From Gemmatimonadaceae bacterium (GTDB lineage: Bacteria; Gemmatimonadota; Gemmatimonadetes; Gemmatimonadales; Gemmatimonadaceae), in the NCBI GenBank assembly GCA_040901985.1, contig JBBDYC010000009.1, forward strand, positions 124,364-188,363: 64,000 nucleotides of DNA, given 5' to 3'. This document shows, piece by piece, positions 39,002 through 52,498 of the stretch (its first letter is position 1; each line of letters begins with the position of its first letter). Under the pieces are notes generated by a model. The model had not been told where the DNA came from and made no database searches. It worked only from the letters and a program-made list of their open reading frames with translations. The translations under genes were made by a program, and so were the position numbers.

Positions 39002-39948
39002 TGGGACTCGAACCAGGCAAAGGTGCGGTGCAGGCCGTCCTCGAGCGTCGTCTGCGGCGTCCACCCCAGGACCGTCGACGCCTTGGCGATACTCACGACG
39101 GAGCGCCGTTGTTCCCCGGGGCGTTCGGCGGCGTGCGTCAGCGGGACGGTCCGGCCGGCGGCGCGCATCAGCGTCGCCGCGAGTTCGAGCACCGAGGTCT
39201 CGCGCCCGGTGCCGAGGTTGATCGCCCGGTCATCCACGCGGCCCGGCGGGACGACCGGGAGCGCCGCGGCGAGCGCGTGGGCGCGCGCCACGTCGCCGAC
39301 GTACACGTAGTCGCGCGTCTGGCCGCCGTCGCCGTACACGGTGAGTGGCGTCCCGCTCAGGAGGCGCTGGCAGAAGATGGCCACTACGCCCGCCTCGCCG
39401 TGCGGATCCTGGCGCGGGCCAAAGACGTTTGCGAAGCGCAGCGCGAGGTAGTCCAGTTTATGCACACGGGAGTAGTAGGCGAGGTAGAGCTCCGCGGCGT
39501 ACTTGGCGACGCCGTAGGGGCTCTCCGGGTCCTTTCCATACGTTTCGACGGCTGGCGGGTCCACGAAGTCACCGTAGACCGCCCCGCCGGTGGAGGCGAA
39601 GATCACGCGCGTCTGGCGCCCGGAGGTGCGCACGGCCTCGAGGAGGTTGAGCGTCCCGCCGATGTTCACGTCGGCGTCGAAGACCGGATCGGCGACGCTC
39701 CGGCGCACGTCCATCTGCGCCGCGAGGTGGCAGAGGACGTCAAACCGGCCCTCGGCGACGCAGGCCGCGGCCTCGGGCGACCGGATGTCGGTGTGGACGA
39801 AGCGGGCGGCGGACGGCACCTGGGCGCGCCGGCCACTCGAGAGGTCATCGAGCACCGTGACGGCGTAGCCCTCCCCGAGGAGGACCTCCGCCACGTGCGA
39901 ACCGATGAACCCCGCGCCGCCGACGACGAGCGCGTGTCTGGACGTCAT
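38998..39948 (-). CDS. NAD-dependent epimerase/dehydratase (UDP-glucose 4-epimerase-like)
   Basis: GGAGFIGSH, ASTGGAVYG, YGVAK, NVFGPRQDPHGEAGVV. Confidence 0.9.
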   Translation of the reverse strand: MTSRHALVVGGAGFIGSHVAEVLLGEGYAVTVLDDLSSGRRAQVPSAARFVHTDIRSPEAAACVAEGRFDVLCHLAAQMDVRRSVADPVFDADVNIGGTLNLLEAVRTSGRQTRVIFASTGGAVYGDFVDPPAVETYGKDPESPYGVAKYAAELYLAYYSRVHKLDYLALRFANVFGPRQDPHGEAGVVAIFCQRLLSGTPLTVYGDGGQTRDYVYVGDVARAHALAAALPVVPPGRVDDRAINLGTGRETSVLELAATLMRAAGRTVPLTHAAERPGEQRRSVVSIAKASTVLGWTPQTTLEDGLHRTFAWFESQ

Positions 39949-39954
39949 CCCCCG

Positions 39955-39960
39955 AAGATA
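39955..39960 (-). promoter_or_regulatory. Leaderless-type -10 box (TATCTT) 6 nt upstream of the epimerase ATG
   Basis: TATCTT-CGGGGG-ATG. Confidence 0.5.
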
Positions 39961-39987
39961 CCCAGTGGCGCGCCAGGCTCCTACGCG

Positions 39988-41130
39988 TCAGGGCATCTTC
40001 GCGGTGACACGCGCGGAAATGCCGCGCGCCACGCCGCCATCCGACTGGCCGATCAGGATGGCGCTCGCGCCCCACGGCGTCACCCGGGTCACCTGGGCCA
40101 CCGCGATATCCTCGGGCGGCAACGGCGCGCCCGTGTCGTCCCGGCCCTTTTCGCGCTGCAGCGTCAACTGGTCGCCGGGCACCAGGCCGTCGCCCGCACC
40201 CGCCGCGAAGATCAGCTGGTGGCCAATCGGCGCGAGCACCGGGTCGCGGTAGAGGTAGACCACCGATGTCTGCAGCCCGAACTCGACGTGCGTCGGGAAG
40301 ATGCCGGGCTCGAGGCTGAGCGTGTCGAGCGGCATCGTCAGGTCGCCGGCGTAGACGTCCTCGAACTTCGTCAGCACGACCCCAAGGGCCCGGCCGTTGA
40401 TCGAGGCGGTCACGAGCTTCACCACGCCCGTCGGGATCACGACCCGTCCGCTTCCGGGGACGACCGGCCCGTAACGGAACAGCAAATAGCGCTCCTCCGG
40501 ACCGCCCTCGGCGCCCTCGGGAGTCACGATGTAGACGCGCTCATAAATCTGGATCGGGCGCTTGGTCAACGTGATGCCGACGCCATCCTGCTCGGTGGTG
40601 CCGTCCAGGCGACCCGCCCCGGCGACGCCATTGATGTCCCACAGGAACGGCGCCCGGAGGTAGTCGCCGGCACGGACGGCGGCGGCGCGCGGACGCACGA
40701 GAAGCGACTCGCGCTGGCCGCGCACCACGCGGAAGCGGTTCGGATTGAAGATGGTCATCGCCGGGGGTGGCAGCTCCGGTTCCAGCGCCATCGGGTCGAG
40801 CGGTTCCGGCGCCATCGTGTCGAGCGGTTCCGGCATCGGCCGCGGTTCGTCCGGCGGCGTCCCCGGCGTCGGCTGCACCTCGCCCGAGATGATCAGGACC
40901 TGGTCGGGATAGATCCAATGCGGGTCCGCCACCGTTTCGGTGTTGCGCCGGTAGATCTCCGGCCAGCGGAAGGCGTCGCCGAGGTACTGCGCGGCAAGGT
41001 CCCAGAGGGTGTCGCCCGGCCGCACGGTGTGCGTCCGCACCTCGCCCTGCGCAACGCCGAGGGACGGCGTGAACGCGAGGCCGATCAGCACGGTGGCGAG
41101 GGTCAGTCGAAGGCGGGGCATCGGACGCAT
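39988..41130 (-). CDS. LysM peptidoglycan-binding domain protein
   Basis: Signal peptide followed by HTVRPGDTLWDLAAQYLGDAFRWPEIY..N...DPHWIYPDQVL. Confidence 0.88.
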   Translation of the reverse strand: MRPMPRLRLTLATVLIGLAFTPSLGVAQGEVRTHTVRPGDTLWDLAAQYLGDAFRWPEIYRRNTETVADPHWIYPDQVLIISGEVQPTPGTPPDEPRPMPEPLDTMAPEPLDPMALEPELPPPAMTIFNPNRFRVVRGQRESLLVRPRAAAVRAGDYLRAPFLWDINGVAGAGRLDGTTEQDGVGITLTKRPIQIYERVYIVTPEGAEGGPEERYLLFRYGPVVPGSGRVVIPTGVVKLVTASINGRALGVVLTKFEDVYAGDLTMPLDTLSLEPGIFPTHVEFGLQTSVVYLYRDPVLAPIGHQLIFAAGAGDGLVPGDQLTLQREKGRDDTGAPLPPEDIAVAQVTRVTPWGASAILIGQSDGGVARGISARVTAKMP

Positions 41131-41397
41131 GGCGGAAGTGGGACGGAGGACGCAACGCGGGCCCCGGAGCGGACGGCCCCGGGGTGATTCCAAAGGGTGA
41201 CGAACGGGCGGGGGCGGGGGCAACGGGCCTAGGCGGTGGGAGGTGAAAGGTGGCGTCCGCGCGCGCGAGCCGGAAGGCCGGTGGGGGGGGTGGTAGCCGA
41301 GGGACTCGGAGGGTCCGAGAGGGAAAACGCAGAGGCGGGAAAGGGAGTGGGGGCGACCGATCCCGGCCGCCCCCTCTCGCCTTTCCCCCTTCCCCTC

Positions 41398-41880
41398 CTA
41401 GAATGGCAGCTCGTCGTCGGAGTCCAGGGCTTCGGGGAACTCGGCGAACCCCGAGTCTCCCCCCGCCTTGGCGCCGGCGGCGGCCTTGGCCGGACGCGCG
41501 CTCTCGAATCCGGCGTCCCCGCCCCGCCCGCCGCCGAGGAGGATGACCTCACGCACGTTGATCTCCGTGACGTACCGCGTCTGCTTGTCCTTGTCCTCGT
41601 ACTGGCGGTACTGGATCTCGCCCTCGACGAAGAGCTTGTCGCCCTTCTTCACGTACTTCTCGACGAGGTCGGCGAGCCGCATCCCGCGCTCGCCCTTCGG
41701 GTTCCAGGCAACGCACTTGTGCCACTCGGTCTTTTCCTGCTTCTCGCCGGAGACCGAGTTCCACTGGCGGCTGGTGGCGAGCGAGAACTGCGCCACCTTG
41801 CTCCCGTTCGAGGTCGTCCGGATCTCCGGATCGGCGCCGAGGTTGCCAATCAACGTCACTTTGTTCAGGCTGCGGCTCAC
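41398..41880 (-). CDS. ssb: Single-stranded DNA-binding protein
   Basis: SLNKVTLIGNLGADPE, KTEWH, acidic tail DDELPF; GGAGG RBS. Confidence 0.97.
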   Translation of the reverse strand: MSRSLNKVTLIGNLGADPEIRTTSNGSKVAQFSLATSRQWNSVSGEKQEKTEWHKCVAWNPKGERGMRLADLVEKYVKKGDKLFVEGEIQYRQYEDKDKQTRYVTEINVREVILLGGGRGGDAGFESARPAKAAAGAKAGGDSGFAEFPEALDSDDELPF

Positions 41881-41980
41881 AAGGCCTCCTGGTATGGGTC
41901 AGTCCGCGCCTGCACCATACGCTGGGCTGCGTGTGCGATGGCACCGGATTCTCACCGGTGAAAGCTAAATCCCGCGCGGC

Positions 41981-42071
41981 GGGGGTGTGAGGGGAGCGAC
42001 CCTGCCCTCGCGCTGGGTTCCCCCTCACCTCTCACACCCCACCTCCCACCTCCCACCTCCCACCTCTCACC
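41981..42071. repeat. Heptamer tandem array (CYCACCT-type, about 7 units) with a short purine arm
   Basis: CTCACCT CTCACAC (CCCACCT)x4 CTCACC at 42024-42071; GGGGGTGTGAGGGGA at 41981-41995. Confidence 0.8.
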
Positions 42072-42513
42072 GCAAGATTCGCCCGTGCCGTTTCATTATC
42101 ACCGCGTCCTCGACTGGCGCCGCGTAGTACGCCTTGCGCCGTCCGCACGCCGTGAAACCGCGGCTGGCGTACAGCGCCTGAGCCGCCGCATTGCCGGCCC
42201 GGACCTCAAGATGGACGGTGGAACTCGCCTCCCGGTCCACGAGGGCAAGGAGGTCGTCGAGCAACGCCGCGCCGATCCCCTGCCGACGTTCGGCCGCGGC
42301 GACCGCGAGGTTCGCGATCTCGGCCTCGTCCCCGACGATCCACGCCACGCTGTAGCCCAGCACCGAGCGCCCACGTTCGGCGACGCGCAGTTGCACCGTC
42401 CCGTGGCCGAGCATCGCCCGGAAGGACTTCTCGGTCCACGGATCGCTGAAGCTCGCACGCTCGATGGCGACGATTGCGCCCAGGTCGGCCTCCACCGCGT
42501 CGCGAATCCTCAC
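42067..42513 (-). CDS. rimI: Ribosomal protein S18 alanine N-acetyltransferase
   Basis: IERASFSDPW, NLAV...RRQGIG, LEVRAGNAAAQALY, RKAYY..EDAVIM; follows tsaB. Confidence 0.9.
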   Translation of the reverse strand: MRIRDAVEADLGAIVAIERASFSDPWTEKSFRAMLGHGTVQLRVAERGRSVLGYSVAWIVGDEAEIANLAVAAAERRQGIGAALLDDLLALVDREASSTVHLEVRAGNAAAQALYASRGFTACGRRKAYYAAPVEDAVIMKRHGRILR

Positions 42514-43178
42514 CGGTCGAGCGGGCGCCCCTGGGCCGCCTCCCACTTCACCTGTGCCTCGGCGAGGCGGCCGTACACCGGCTCCCACGACCCCAGCGCG
42601 ACCGGCCCCGCCGCGTGGATGAGCGCCGCGCAACGCGCGGTGCCGCGCGCGTGCGGCGCTGCGTCCAGGTCCTCACCGGGACCGATTGGGGTGGCCTGGA
42701 GTGCCGCGGCGCGGGCCGCGACCTCGGTGGCGGGCGCGAGCCCGAGCGACTCCACCGTCGCCAACGCCCCCGCCGGGCCGATCGTCACGAGCGCCAGGTA
42801 GCGGTCGCCCCGCATCGCGTCGAGGGTCGCCAGCCAGCGGCTGCCCGCGGCGCGCGTGGCGTCCGACCCGGCCACGATCAGCGCGAGGGAGGGCACCGCG
42901 CAGAGCGGCGCGCCGCCGCCGAAGGCGAGTCCCTTGGCACAGGCGCCCACCACGCGGAGCGCCGTGAAGCTGCCCGGGCCGGCGCCGCAGACGATTCGCG
43001 CCACGGCGCGCACCGAGGCGTCGGCAGCCCCGAGGGTCTCGAGCACCGCCGGCAGGAATCGCTCGTCGTCGCCGCTCCGCATCGCCACCGTGCGTTCGGC
43101 GACGACCACGCCGTCGCGCAGCACCGCAATCGTCCCCGCGCCAGCGGCCGCGTCCATCGCCAGCGTCAGTCCGGCCAC
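42510..43178 (-). CDS. tsaB: t6A biosynthesis protein TsaB
   Basis: GAGPGSFTALRV, LDAMRG, EPVY; lies between tsaE and rimI. Confidence 0.9.
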   Translation of the reverse strand: MAGLTLAMDAAAGAGTIAVLRDGVVVAERTVAMRSGDDERFLPAVLETLGAADASVRAVARIVCGAGPGSFTALRVVGACAKGLAFGGGAPLCAVPSLALIVAGSDATRAAGSRWLATLDAMRGDRYLALVTIGPAGALATVESLGLAPATEVAARAAALQATPIGPGEDLDAAPHARGTARCAALIHAAGPVALGSWEPVYGRLAEAQVKWEAAQGRPLDR

Positions 43179-43585
43179 GTGAGTCTCCGCACATCCGGTC
43201 GTCCGGGGACGTGGGCCAAGGTCAGCGCCGTGCGAGCGTCGGGCAGGGTGTCCCCCGCCCGTTCCGGCCACTCGATCAGCACCACTGCCGGCGCCGTCAC
43301 GATCTCGTCCCACCCGAGCTGCGCCAGCTGGCCGGCGTGGTCGAGGCGGTACAGGTCGAGGTGATAGACCGTCCCGCGCGGCGCGCGGTACTCGTGCACC
43401 AGCGCGTAGGTCGGGCTCGTCACCGGCTCGCGGACGCCGAGCGCCGCGGCGAGCGCGCGAATGAGCGTCGTCTTGCCGGCGCCGAGGTCGCCCGAGATCG
43501 TGACGCAACCAGGCCACGGGAGCTGCGCGCCGAAGGCGGCGCCCCACCCGACCAGCTCGGCCTCGGTCAGCTCAGCGGCGGGCAC
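43166..43585 (-). CDS. tsaE: t6A biosynthesis ATPase TsaE
   Basis: [27 protein letters not shown]. Confidence 0.95.
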   Translation of the reverse strand: MPAAELTEAELVGWGAAFGAQLPWPGCVTISGDLGAGKTTLIRALAAALGVREPVTSPTYALVHEYRAPRGTVYHLDLYRLDHAGQLAQLGWDEIVTAPAVVLIEWPERAGDTLPDARTALTLAHVPGRPDVRRLTWPD

Positions 43586-45620
43586 GTCCGCCCCGAGCGC
43601 TGCCGTCGCCCATCGCGACCTTGAGGTCGAAAAGCTCGTCGCGAAGTCGCGCGGCGGTCTCGAAGTCGAGGGCCTTGGCGGCGGCCTTCATTTCCTCCTC
43701 CAGCCGCGCCACCAGGCCCGGCAGGTCGTCCGTCCCGTAGGCGCGTTGTGCCTCCGCCACCTTCTTCTGCCGCTTGCCGCGCGAGCGGTCCGCCTCGCGC
43801 TCCTCGGTGCCGTCGCGCGCGTCGGCGACGCGGGTGCTGAACCGCACCTGGTCGGTGCTCTTGGTCACCCCCGCCGGGATGATGCCGTGCGCCAGGTTGT
43901 GCGCCTCCTGCGTGGTCCGGCGCCGATTCGTCTCGTCGAGACAGCGCTGCATCGAGCCGGTGATGCGGTCGGCGTAGAAGATCGCCCGCCCGGTCACGTG
44001 GCGCGCGGCGCGGCCGACGGTCTGGATCAGCGACCGGTCGGAGCGGAGGAAGCCCTCTTGGTCGGCATCGAGGATCGCGACGAGCGAGACCTCCGGCAGG
44101 TCGAGCCCCTCGCGCAGGAGGTTGATGCCGATCAACACGTCGAACTCGCCGAGCCGCAGGCCGCGCACGATCTCCATCCGCTCGATCGCGTCAATGTCGG
44201 CGTGCATATAGCGCACGCGCACGCCGACCTGCGCCAGATAGTCGGTGAGGTCCTCGGCCATCCGCTTGGTGAGGGTGGTGACGAGGACGCGCTCGCCGCG
44301 CCGCTCGCGCTGGCGGATCTCGTGCAGGAGGTCGTCCACCTGCCCCTTCACCGGCCGGATCTCGATCACCGGGTCGAGCAGTCCGGTGGGACGGATCACC
44401 TGTTCCACCACGACGCCTTCGGAGAGCTTGAGCTCGAGCTCGCCCGGCGTCGCCGAGACGTTGACCGCGCGCGGCGTCAGCTGGAGGAACTCGTCGAACA
44501 TCAGCGGCCGGTTGTCGAGCGCGCTGGGAAGCCGAAAGCCGTACTCGACGAGTGTCGTCTTGCGCGCGCGGTCGCCGTTGAACATCCCGCCGATCTGGGG
44601 CAGCGTGACGTGTGACTCGTCCACGACGACGAGGAAGTCGTCGGGGAAGTAGTCGAAGAGACAGGCCGGGCGGGCGCCGGGGACCCGGCCGGCGAGGATC
44701 CGCGAGTAGTTCTCGATCCCCGGGCAGGTCCCGATCTCCAGCATCATCTCGATGTCGAAGTTGGTGCGCGACTCCAGCCGCTGGGCCTCGAGAAGCTTCC
44801 CCGCCTCGCGCAGGGCCCGCAACCGCTCGACGAGCTCGACGCGGATCTCCTGAACCGCGCGCTCGAGCGTCGGCCGGGTGGTGACGAAGTGCTTGGCCGG
44901 ATAGACCGCCGTGCGCGGGAGCGCGGTGATCGTGCTGCCGCTGAGCGGGTCAATCTTCGAGATCCGCTCGATTTCGTCGCCGAACATCTCCACGCGCACC
45001 GCCTGCTCCTCGTAGGCCGGGAAGATCTCGACCGTGTCGCCGCGCACGCGGAACGTGCCGCGCTCGAAGGCGACGTCGTTGCGCCCGTACTGGATCGCGA
45101 CCAGCGCCTTGAGGATCGCGTCGCGGGCGATCCGCTGGCCGACATCGAGCGTGACCATTGACGCGCGGTAGGTCTCGGGGTCGCCGAGGCCGTAGATGGC
45201 CGAGACCGTCGCGACGATGATGACGTCGCGGCGCTCCATCAGCGACGAGGTCGCGCGCAGCCGCAGCCGGTCAATGTCCTCGTTGATCGAGGCGTCCTTC
45301 TCGATGTAGGTGTCCGACGACGGGACATACGCTTCCGGCTGGTAGTAGTCGTAGTACGAGATGAAATACTCGACCGCGTTCTGCGGGAAGAACCCCTTGA
45401 GTTCGCCATAGAGCTGCGCGGCGAGCGTCTTGTTGTGCGAGAGGACCAGGGCGGGGCGGTCCCACTGCGCGATGACGTGCGCCATCGTCATCGTCTTGCC
45501 CGACCCGGTCACGCCGAGGAGGGTCTGGAACCGGTCGCCCCGGCGCAGCCCGGCGACCAACTCGCGGATCGCGCGGGGCTGGTCGCCGGCGGGTTCGAAG
45601 GGGGATTGGAGGTGGAACAC
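43572..45620 (-). CDS. uvrB: Excinuclease ABC subunit B
   Basis: [43 protein letters not shown]-terminal UVR domain; GTG start at 45620. Confidence 0.97.
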   Translation of the reverse strand: MFHLQSPFEPAGDQPRAIRELVAGLRRGDRFQTLLGVTGSGKTMTMAHVIAQWDRPALVLSHNKTLAAQLYGELKGFFPQNAVEYFISYYDYYQPEAYVPSSDTYIEKDASINEDIDRLRLRATSSLMERRDVIIVATVSAIYGLGDPETYRASMVTLDVGQRIARDAILKALVAIQYGRNDVAFERGTFRVRGDTVEIFPAYEEQAVRVEMFGDEIERISKIDPLSGSTITALPRTAVYPAKHFVTTRPTLERAVQEIRVELVERLRALREAGKLLEAQRLESRTNFDIEMMLEIGTCPGIENYSRILAGRVPGARPACLFDYFPDDFLVVVDESHVTLPQIGGMFNGDRARKTTLVEYGFRLPSALDNRPLMFDEFLQLTPRAVNVSATPGELELKLSEGVVVEQVIRPTGLLDPVIEIRPVKGQVDDLLHEIRQRERRGERVLVTTLTKRMAEDLTDYLAQVGVRVRYMHADIDAIERMEIVRGLRLGEFDVLIGINLLREGLDLPEVSLVAILDADQEGFLRSDRSLIQTVGRAARHVTGRAIFYADRITGSMQRCLDETNRRRTTQEAHNLAHGIIPAGVTKSTDQVRFSTRVADARDGTEEREADRSRGKRQKKVAEAQRAYGTDDLPGLVARLEEEMKAAAKALDFETAARLRDELFDLKVAMGDGSARGGRARR

Positions 45621-45673
45621 GCGGGGGGAAGGGTGGACGGGATGGCGGATCGCACGCCACCCCGCACCGGCCG

Positions 45674-46108
45674 TCAGAGGAACGCCCGCTGCCACGGGAT
45701 GCCGGCGAGGATCAGCGCCAGCGTGATCGCCACGAAGATGAGCGCCTTGCGATGGCGCGCCGCGTCGGTGGCGGCGTTCTTCGCGACGATCCCGCCGATC
45801 GTCATCAGGAGCGTCGCGACGACCATCAGCGTCGGGTGCTCGGCGATGAAGAAGCGGACGGCGGAATCGGCCATCGTCGCCTGCATATTGCCCATCGCGG
45901 CCCTGACGAAGGGACTGACGAAGAACAGGGAGAGGCCGAGCAGGAGCTGCAGGTGGAGCGCGCCGGTGAAGTAGAGGCCGACGCGGCGGGCGGCGGCGTA
46001 CGGGCGGTCGCCGCCGAGTCCCTGCGCCGCCTTCACCAGCGCGACGACGCCGAGGATGAGGATGGCCCAGCGGAGGACGTTATGGGTCTGGAGGATGGCG
46101 AGGTGCAT
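45674..46108 (-). CDS. Hypothetical 4-TM membrane protein (His-containing helices)
   Basis: [25 protein letters not shown] motifs; hydrophobic. Confidence 0.75.
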   Translation of the reverse strand: MHLAILQTHNVLRWAILILGVVALVKAAQGLGGDRPYAAARRVGLYFTGALHLQLLLGLSLFFVSPFVRAAMGNMQATMADSAVRFFIAEHPTLMVVATLLMTIGGIVAKNAATDAARHRKALIFVAITLALILAGIPWQRAFL

Positions 46109-46113
46109 CTGCA

Positions 46114-46237
46114 AAGGCGAAAGGGGAAAGGTGAGAGGGGAAAGGGGAAAGTACTACCGCGCGAGCGTTCGCACCCGGGGGGTTCCCTCCGCCCTTTCAC
46201 CTCGCCCCTGCACCTCTCCCCTCTCTCCTCGCCCACG
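46114..46237. repeat. Heptamer array with purine and pyrimidine arms
   Basis: AAGGCGA AAGGGGA AAGGTGA GAGGGGA AAGGGGA ... CCCTTTC ACCTCGC CCCTGCA CCTCTCC CCTCTCT CCTCGCC. Confidence 0.75.
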
Positions 46238-48433
46238 TCACCCCGTGTCGCCGTCGGCGGTCAGGCGCTCGCGGCGTGCGACCTCGCTGACGCCCTTCAC
46301 GCGCCGCGCCGACTTGATGATCTTGTCGAGGTGCGCGAGGTTCTCGACCTCGACGAGCGCGGCGCCCGAGACGCGGCCGTCGAGCGTCTTCAGCTCGAGC
46401 GACCGGATATCGGTGCCGATCGCGCTCATCGCCGCGGCGAGGTCGGCGTAGAGGCCGCGCCGGTCGGTCCCCTCGATCGCCAGCCGGATCACGAACCGCT
46501 CGCCGGCTGTCTCCTTCCAGTCAATCTCCAGCCGGCGCTCGGGCTCGTGCACGAGGTGGAGCAGGTTTGGGCAATCGCTCCGGTGGATGCTGACGCCGCG
46601 TCCGCGCGTGACGTAGCCGACGACGGTGTCGCCCGGCACCGGCTGACAGCACTGTGCATAGCGCACGAGGAGGCCGTCGGCGCCCTGGATGCGGAGCCCG
46701 CGCGACGTGCCCGGCCGCCGCATCCGGTCAATGAACCGCTCGAGCGCGCTCGGCTTGAGCGCCGTCTCCTGCGTCTCGTCGAGGTCCGGGTAGATCGCCT
46801 TCAGCAGCTGCGTGACCGTGATGTCGCCCTTGCCGAGGCTGGCGAAGACGTGGCTGTGGTCCATCAGCTTGAGCCCCTCGGCGCCGCGCGTCAGCTCGGC
46901 GTCGGTGAGCTTGGCGTGCTTGCGGCGCCGCAGCTCGCGGTCGAGGATCTCGCCGCCGACCGTGACGAACGTCCGCTGCTCCTCGTGGCGGAGAAACTGG
47001 CGGATCCGGTGGCGGGCGCGGCCGGTGTGCACGTGGGCGAGCCAGTCGCGGGTCGGGCGCGCATTCGGCGAGCGGATGATCTCGACGGTCTCCGAGTTCC
47101 GCAGTTCGCGTGAGAGCGGGACAATCTTCCCGTTCACCTTCGCGCCGTGCGTGTGCAGTCCCACCTCGGTGTGCACGGCAAAGGCGAAGTCAATCGGCGT
47201 CGCCCCCTTCGGCAGCTGGATCACGTCGCCGTTCGGCGTGAAGACGAAGATCTCGTCCTGGTAGAGGTCGAGCTTGAGGAACTCGAGGAACTGGTCGGGC
47301 GTCTCGGCGTCGAGCTGCAGTTCGAGCACCTGGCGGAACCAGGAGAGGTGGCGGTCGAGGTCGCGCTTTCCCCCCTTCTCGCCCTCCTTGTAGAGCCAGT
47401 GCGCGGCGATGCCGTACTCCGCCGTGCGGTGCATCTCGCGGGTGCGGATCTGGATCTCGAAGAGCGTCCCGCGCGGCCCGAAGATCGTCGTGTGCAGCGA
47501 CTGGTAGCCGTTCGACTTCGGCGACGCGATGTAGTCCTTGATCCGCTCCTGGAGCGGCGTCCAGGCGCCGTGGATCACCCCGAGCGCGTGGTAGCACTCG
47601 GGGACGTTCTCGACCAGCACCCGGATGGCGTAGAGGTCGTAGATGTCGTCGTACGGCTTGGCGCGCTGCTCCATCTTCTTCCAGATGGACCAGAGGTGCT
47701 TCGGCCGGCCGCTGACCTCGTGGAGGAGCACGCCCGCCTCGCGCAGCTTGGCCTCGAGCGGCCCCGCCATCTCGCCGGTGAGGGCGTCGCGGTCGGCGCG
47801 CGTCGCGGCGATCAGCTTCGCCAGGTTCCGGTACTCCTCCGGTTCCAGCCACTTGAACGCGAGGTCCTCGAGTTCGGCCTTCATTGACGCGAGGCCGAAC
47901 CGGTGCGCCATCGGCGCATAGAGGTCGCGCGTCTCGAGCGAGATCCGGGCGCGCTTCTCGTCAGGCATCCACTCGAGCGTCCGCATATTGTGCAGGCGGT
48001 CGGCCAGCTTGACGAGGATCACCCGCGCATCCTTGGCCACCGAGAGGAGGAGCTTGCGATAGCTCTCGACCTGCCGCTCCTCGCGCGACGCCATCGGCAG
48101 GTGGCCGATCTTCGTGAGCCCGTCCACGATCTGCGCGACCTCACGCCCGAACTCGCGCTCCACGTCCTCCACGGTGACCGCGGTGTCCTCGACCACATCG
48201 TGGATCAGGCCGGAGGCCACGGTCACCGAATCGAGCTGCAGGTCGGCGAGGACCTTGGCGACCTCGACGCAGTGCGTCACGTAGGGATCGCCGTTGAGCC
48301 GCGTCTGGCCGGCGTGCGCCTTCTCGGAGAAGCGGAACGCCCGCACCAGGAGGTCCGTGTCGAGACGCTCGGGGAGCGCCTCGGACGAAAGATCCCAGCC
48401 CGGAATGAGGTCGGTGAGGACGGGCGCGGTCAC
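46238..48433 (-). CDS. rel: Bifunctional (p)ppGpp synthetase/hydrolase (long RSH)
   Basis: Intact HD domain (HDVVED), DRLHNMRT, RPKH, KSNGYQSLHT, EIQIRT, TGS, CCQPVPGD, ACT domain. Confidence 0.95.
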   Translation of the reverse strand: MTAPVLTDLIPGWDLSSEALPERLDTDLLVRAFRFSEKAHAGQTRLNGDPYVTHCVEVAKVLADLQLDSVTVASGLIHDVVEDTAVTVEDVEREFGREVAQIVDGLTKIGHLPMASREERQVESYRKLLLSVAKDARVILVKLADRLHNMRTLEWMPDEKRARISLETRDLYAPMAHRFGLASMKAELEDLAFKWLEPEEYRNLAKLIAATRADRDALTGEMAGPLEAKLREAGVLLHEVSGRPKHLWSIWKKMEQRAKPYDDIYDLYAIRVLVENVPECYHALGVIHGAWTPLQERIKDYIASPKSNGYQSLHTTIFGPRGTLFEIQIRTREMHRTAEYGIAAHWLYKEGEKGGKRDLDRHLSWFRQVLELQLDAETPDQFLEFLKLDLYQDEIFVFTPNGDVIQLPKGATPIDFAFAVHTEVGLHTHGAKVNGKIVPLSRELRNSETVEIIRSPNARPTRDWLAHVHTGRARHRIRQFLRHEEQRTFVTVGGEILDRELRRRKHAKLTDAELTRGAEGLKLMDHSHVFASLGKGDITVTQLLKAIYPDLDETQETALKPSALERFIDRMRRPGTSRGLRIQGADGLLVRYAQCCQPVPGDTVVGYVTRGRGVSIHRSDCPNLLHLVHEPERRLEIDWKETAGERFVIRLAIEGTDRRGLYADLAAAMSAIGTDIRSLELKTLDGRVSGAALVEVENLAHLDKIIKSARRVKGVSEVARRERLTADGDTG

Positions 48434-48561
48434 GGGGTGCTCGGGGGAACGGGCGCGGTGGCCTCCGCCCCCGTTCCCGGTATATCGCCGGGTGGGGACG
48501 GAGGGTCAAGGAGGACGTACCCGGCGTCCGGCCGGCCGGCTGCCCGCCGGTCCCCGCCCCG

Positions 48562-49242
48562 CTACAGCAATCCCGCCTCGGCGAACGACACGTAGCGGCC
48601 CCGGCCGATGACGATGTGGTCCTGGATCGGGATGTCCAGCAGTCGCCCCGCCGACACCAGCTGCGTGGTGATCGCGCGGTCGTCGGGGCTGGGCGTCGGG
48701 TCCCCCGAGGGGTGGTTGTGCACGAGCACGAGGCTCGCCGCCCGTTCGGCGATCGCCTCCCGGAAGACCTCGCGCGGATGGACGAGACTGCTGTTGAGGA
48801 TTCCGCGGCTGACCAGGACGTCGCGCTCGAGCCGGTGCTGCGCGTCGAGGACGGCGACGTGAAATTCCTCGACCGTCAGCCCCTCCATCCGCGGCGCATA
48901 GAAGCGCCAGACGTCGCGGGGGCCGCGCATCGGCTCGCCCTCGTCGGTCGCCTCGACGGCGAGCCGCCGCCCGATCTCGAGCGCGGCGTGGACGGCGAGC
49001 GCCTTGGCCTCGCCGAGGCCGTGGAGGCCGGTGAGGGTGGCAATCGGCAGTTGGCCGAGCCGGCGCAGCGAGCCGCCGGCGCGGTGCAGGAGCTGTTGGG
49101 CCGTCTCCGTGGACGAGCGCCCGCCGGTCGCCGGCCCGAGGAGGAGCGCCATCAGCTCGGCGGTGGTGAGCGCCGGGGCGCCGAGGGCGCGGAGTCGTTC
49201 CCGGGGCCGGTCGGCGGAGGGGAGGTCGAGGACGGATGCCAT
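48562..49242 (-). CDS. radC: RadC / JAB-domain protein (UPF0758)
   Basis: RPRERL, GLGEAKA, VHPREVF, HNHPSGDPTPSPDD, DHIVIG. Confidence 0.95.
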   Translation of the reverse strand: MASVLDLPSADRPRERLRALGAPALTTAELMALLLGPATGGRSSTETAQQLLHRAGGSLRRLGQLPIATLTGLHGLGEAKALAVHAALEIGRRLAVEATDEGEPMRGPRDVWRFYAPRMEGLTVEEFHVAVLDAQHRLERDVLVSRGILNSSLVHPREVFREAIAERAASLVLVHNHPSGDPTPSPDDRAITTQLVSAGRLLDIPIQDHIVIGRGRYVSFAEAGLL

Positions 49243-49248
49243 CGGCCG

Positions 49249-49257
49249 AGGATAGCA
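49249..49257 (-). promoter_or_regulatory. Extended -10 box (TGcTATCCT) 6 nt upstream of the radC ATG; leaderless-type
   Basis: TG-C-TATCCT-CGGCCG-ATG; no SD sequence. Confidence 0.55.
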
Positions 49258-49289
49258 CGCCCCGTCCCGCCCATCACCACCATTTCATC

Positions 49290-52487
<3,198 letters not shown>

Positions 52488-52498
52488 TACCTGGTCAC

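Noticed and set aside
48444..48478. Hairpin GGGAACGGG...CCCGTTCCC upstream of rel as a riboswitch or terminator
   Set aside because: A single GC stem with no U-tract or recognisable aptamer; not enough support.
48562..49242. radC as a marker of a mobile element or anti-defence island
   Set aside because: It is the full-length chromosomal form with an N-terminal HhH region, between secA and rel, with no integrase or mobile genes nearby.
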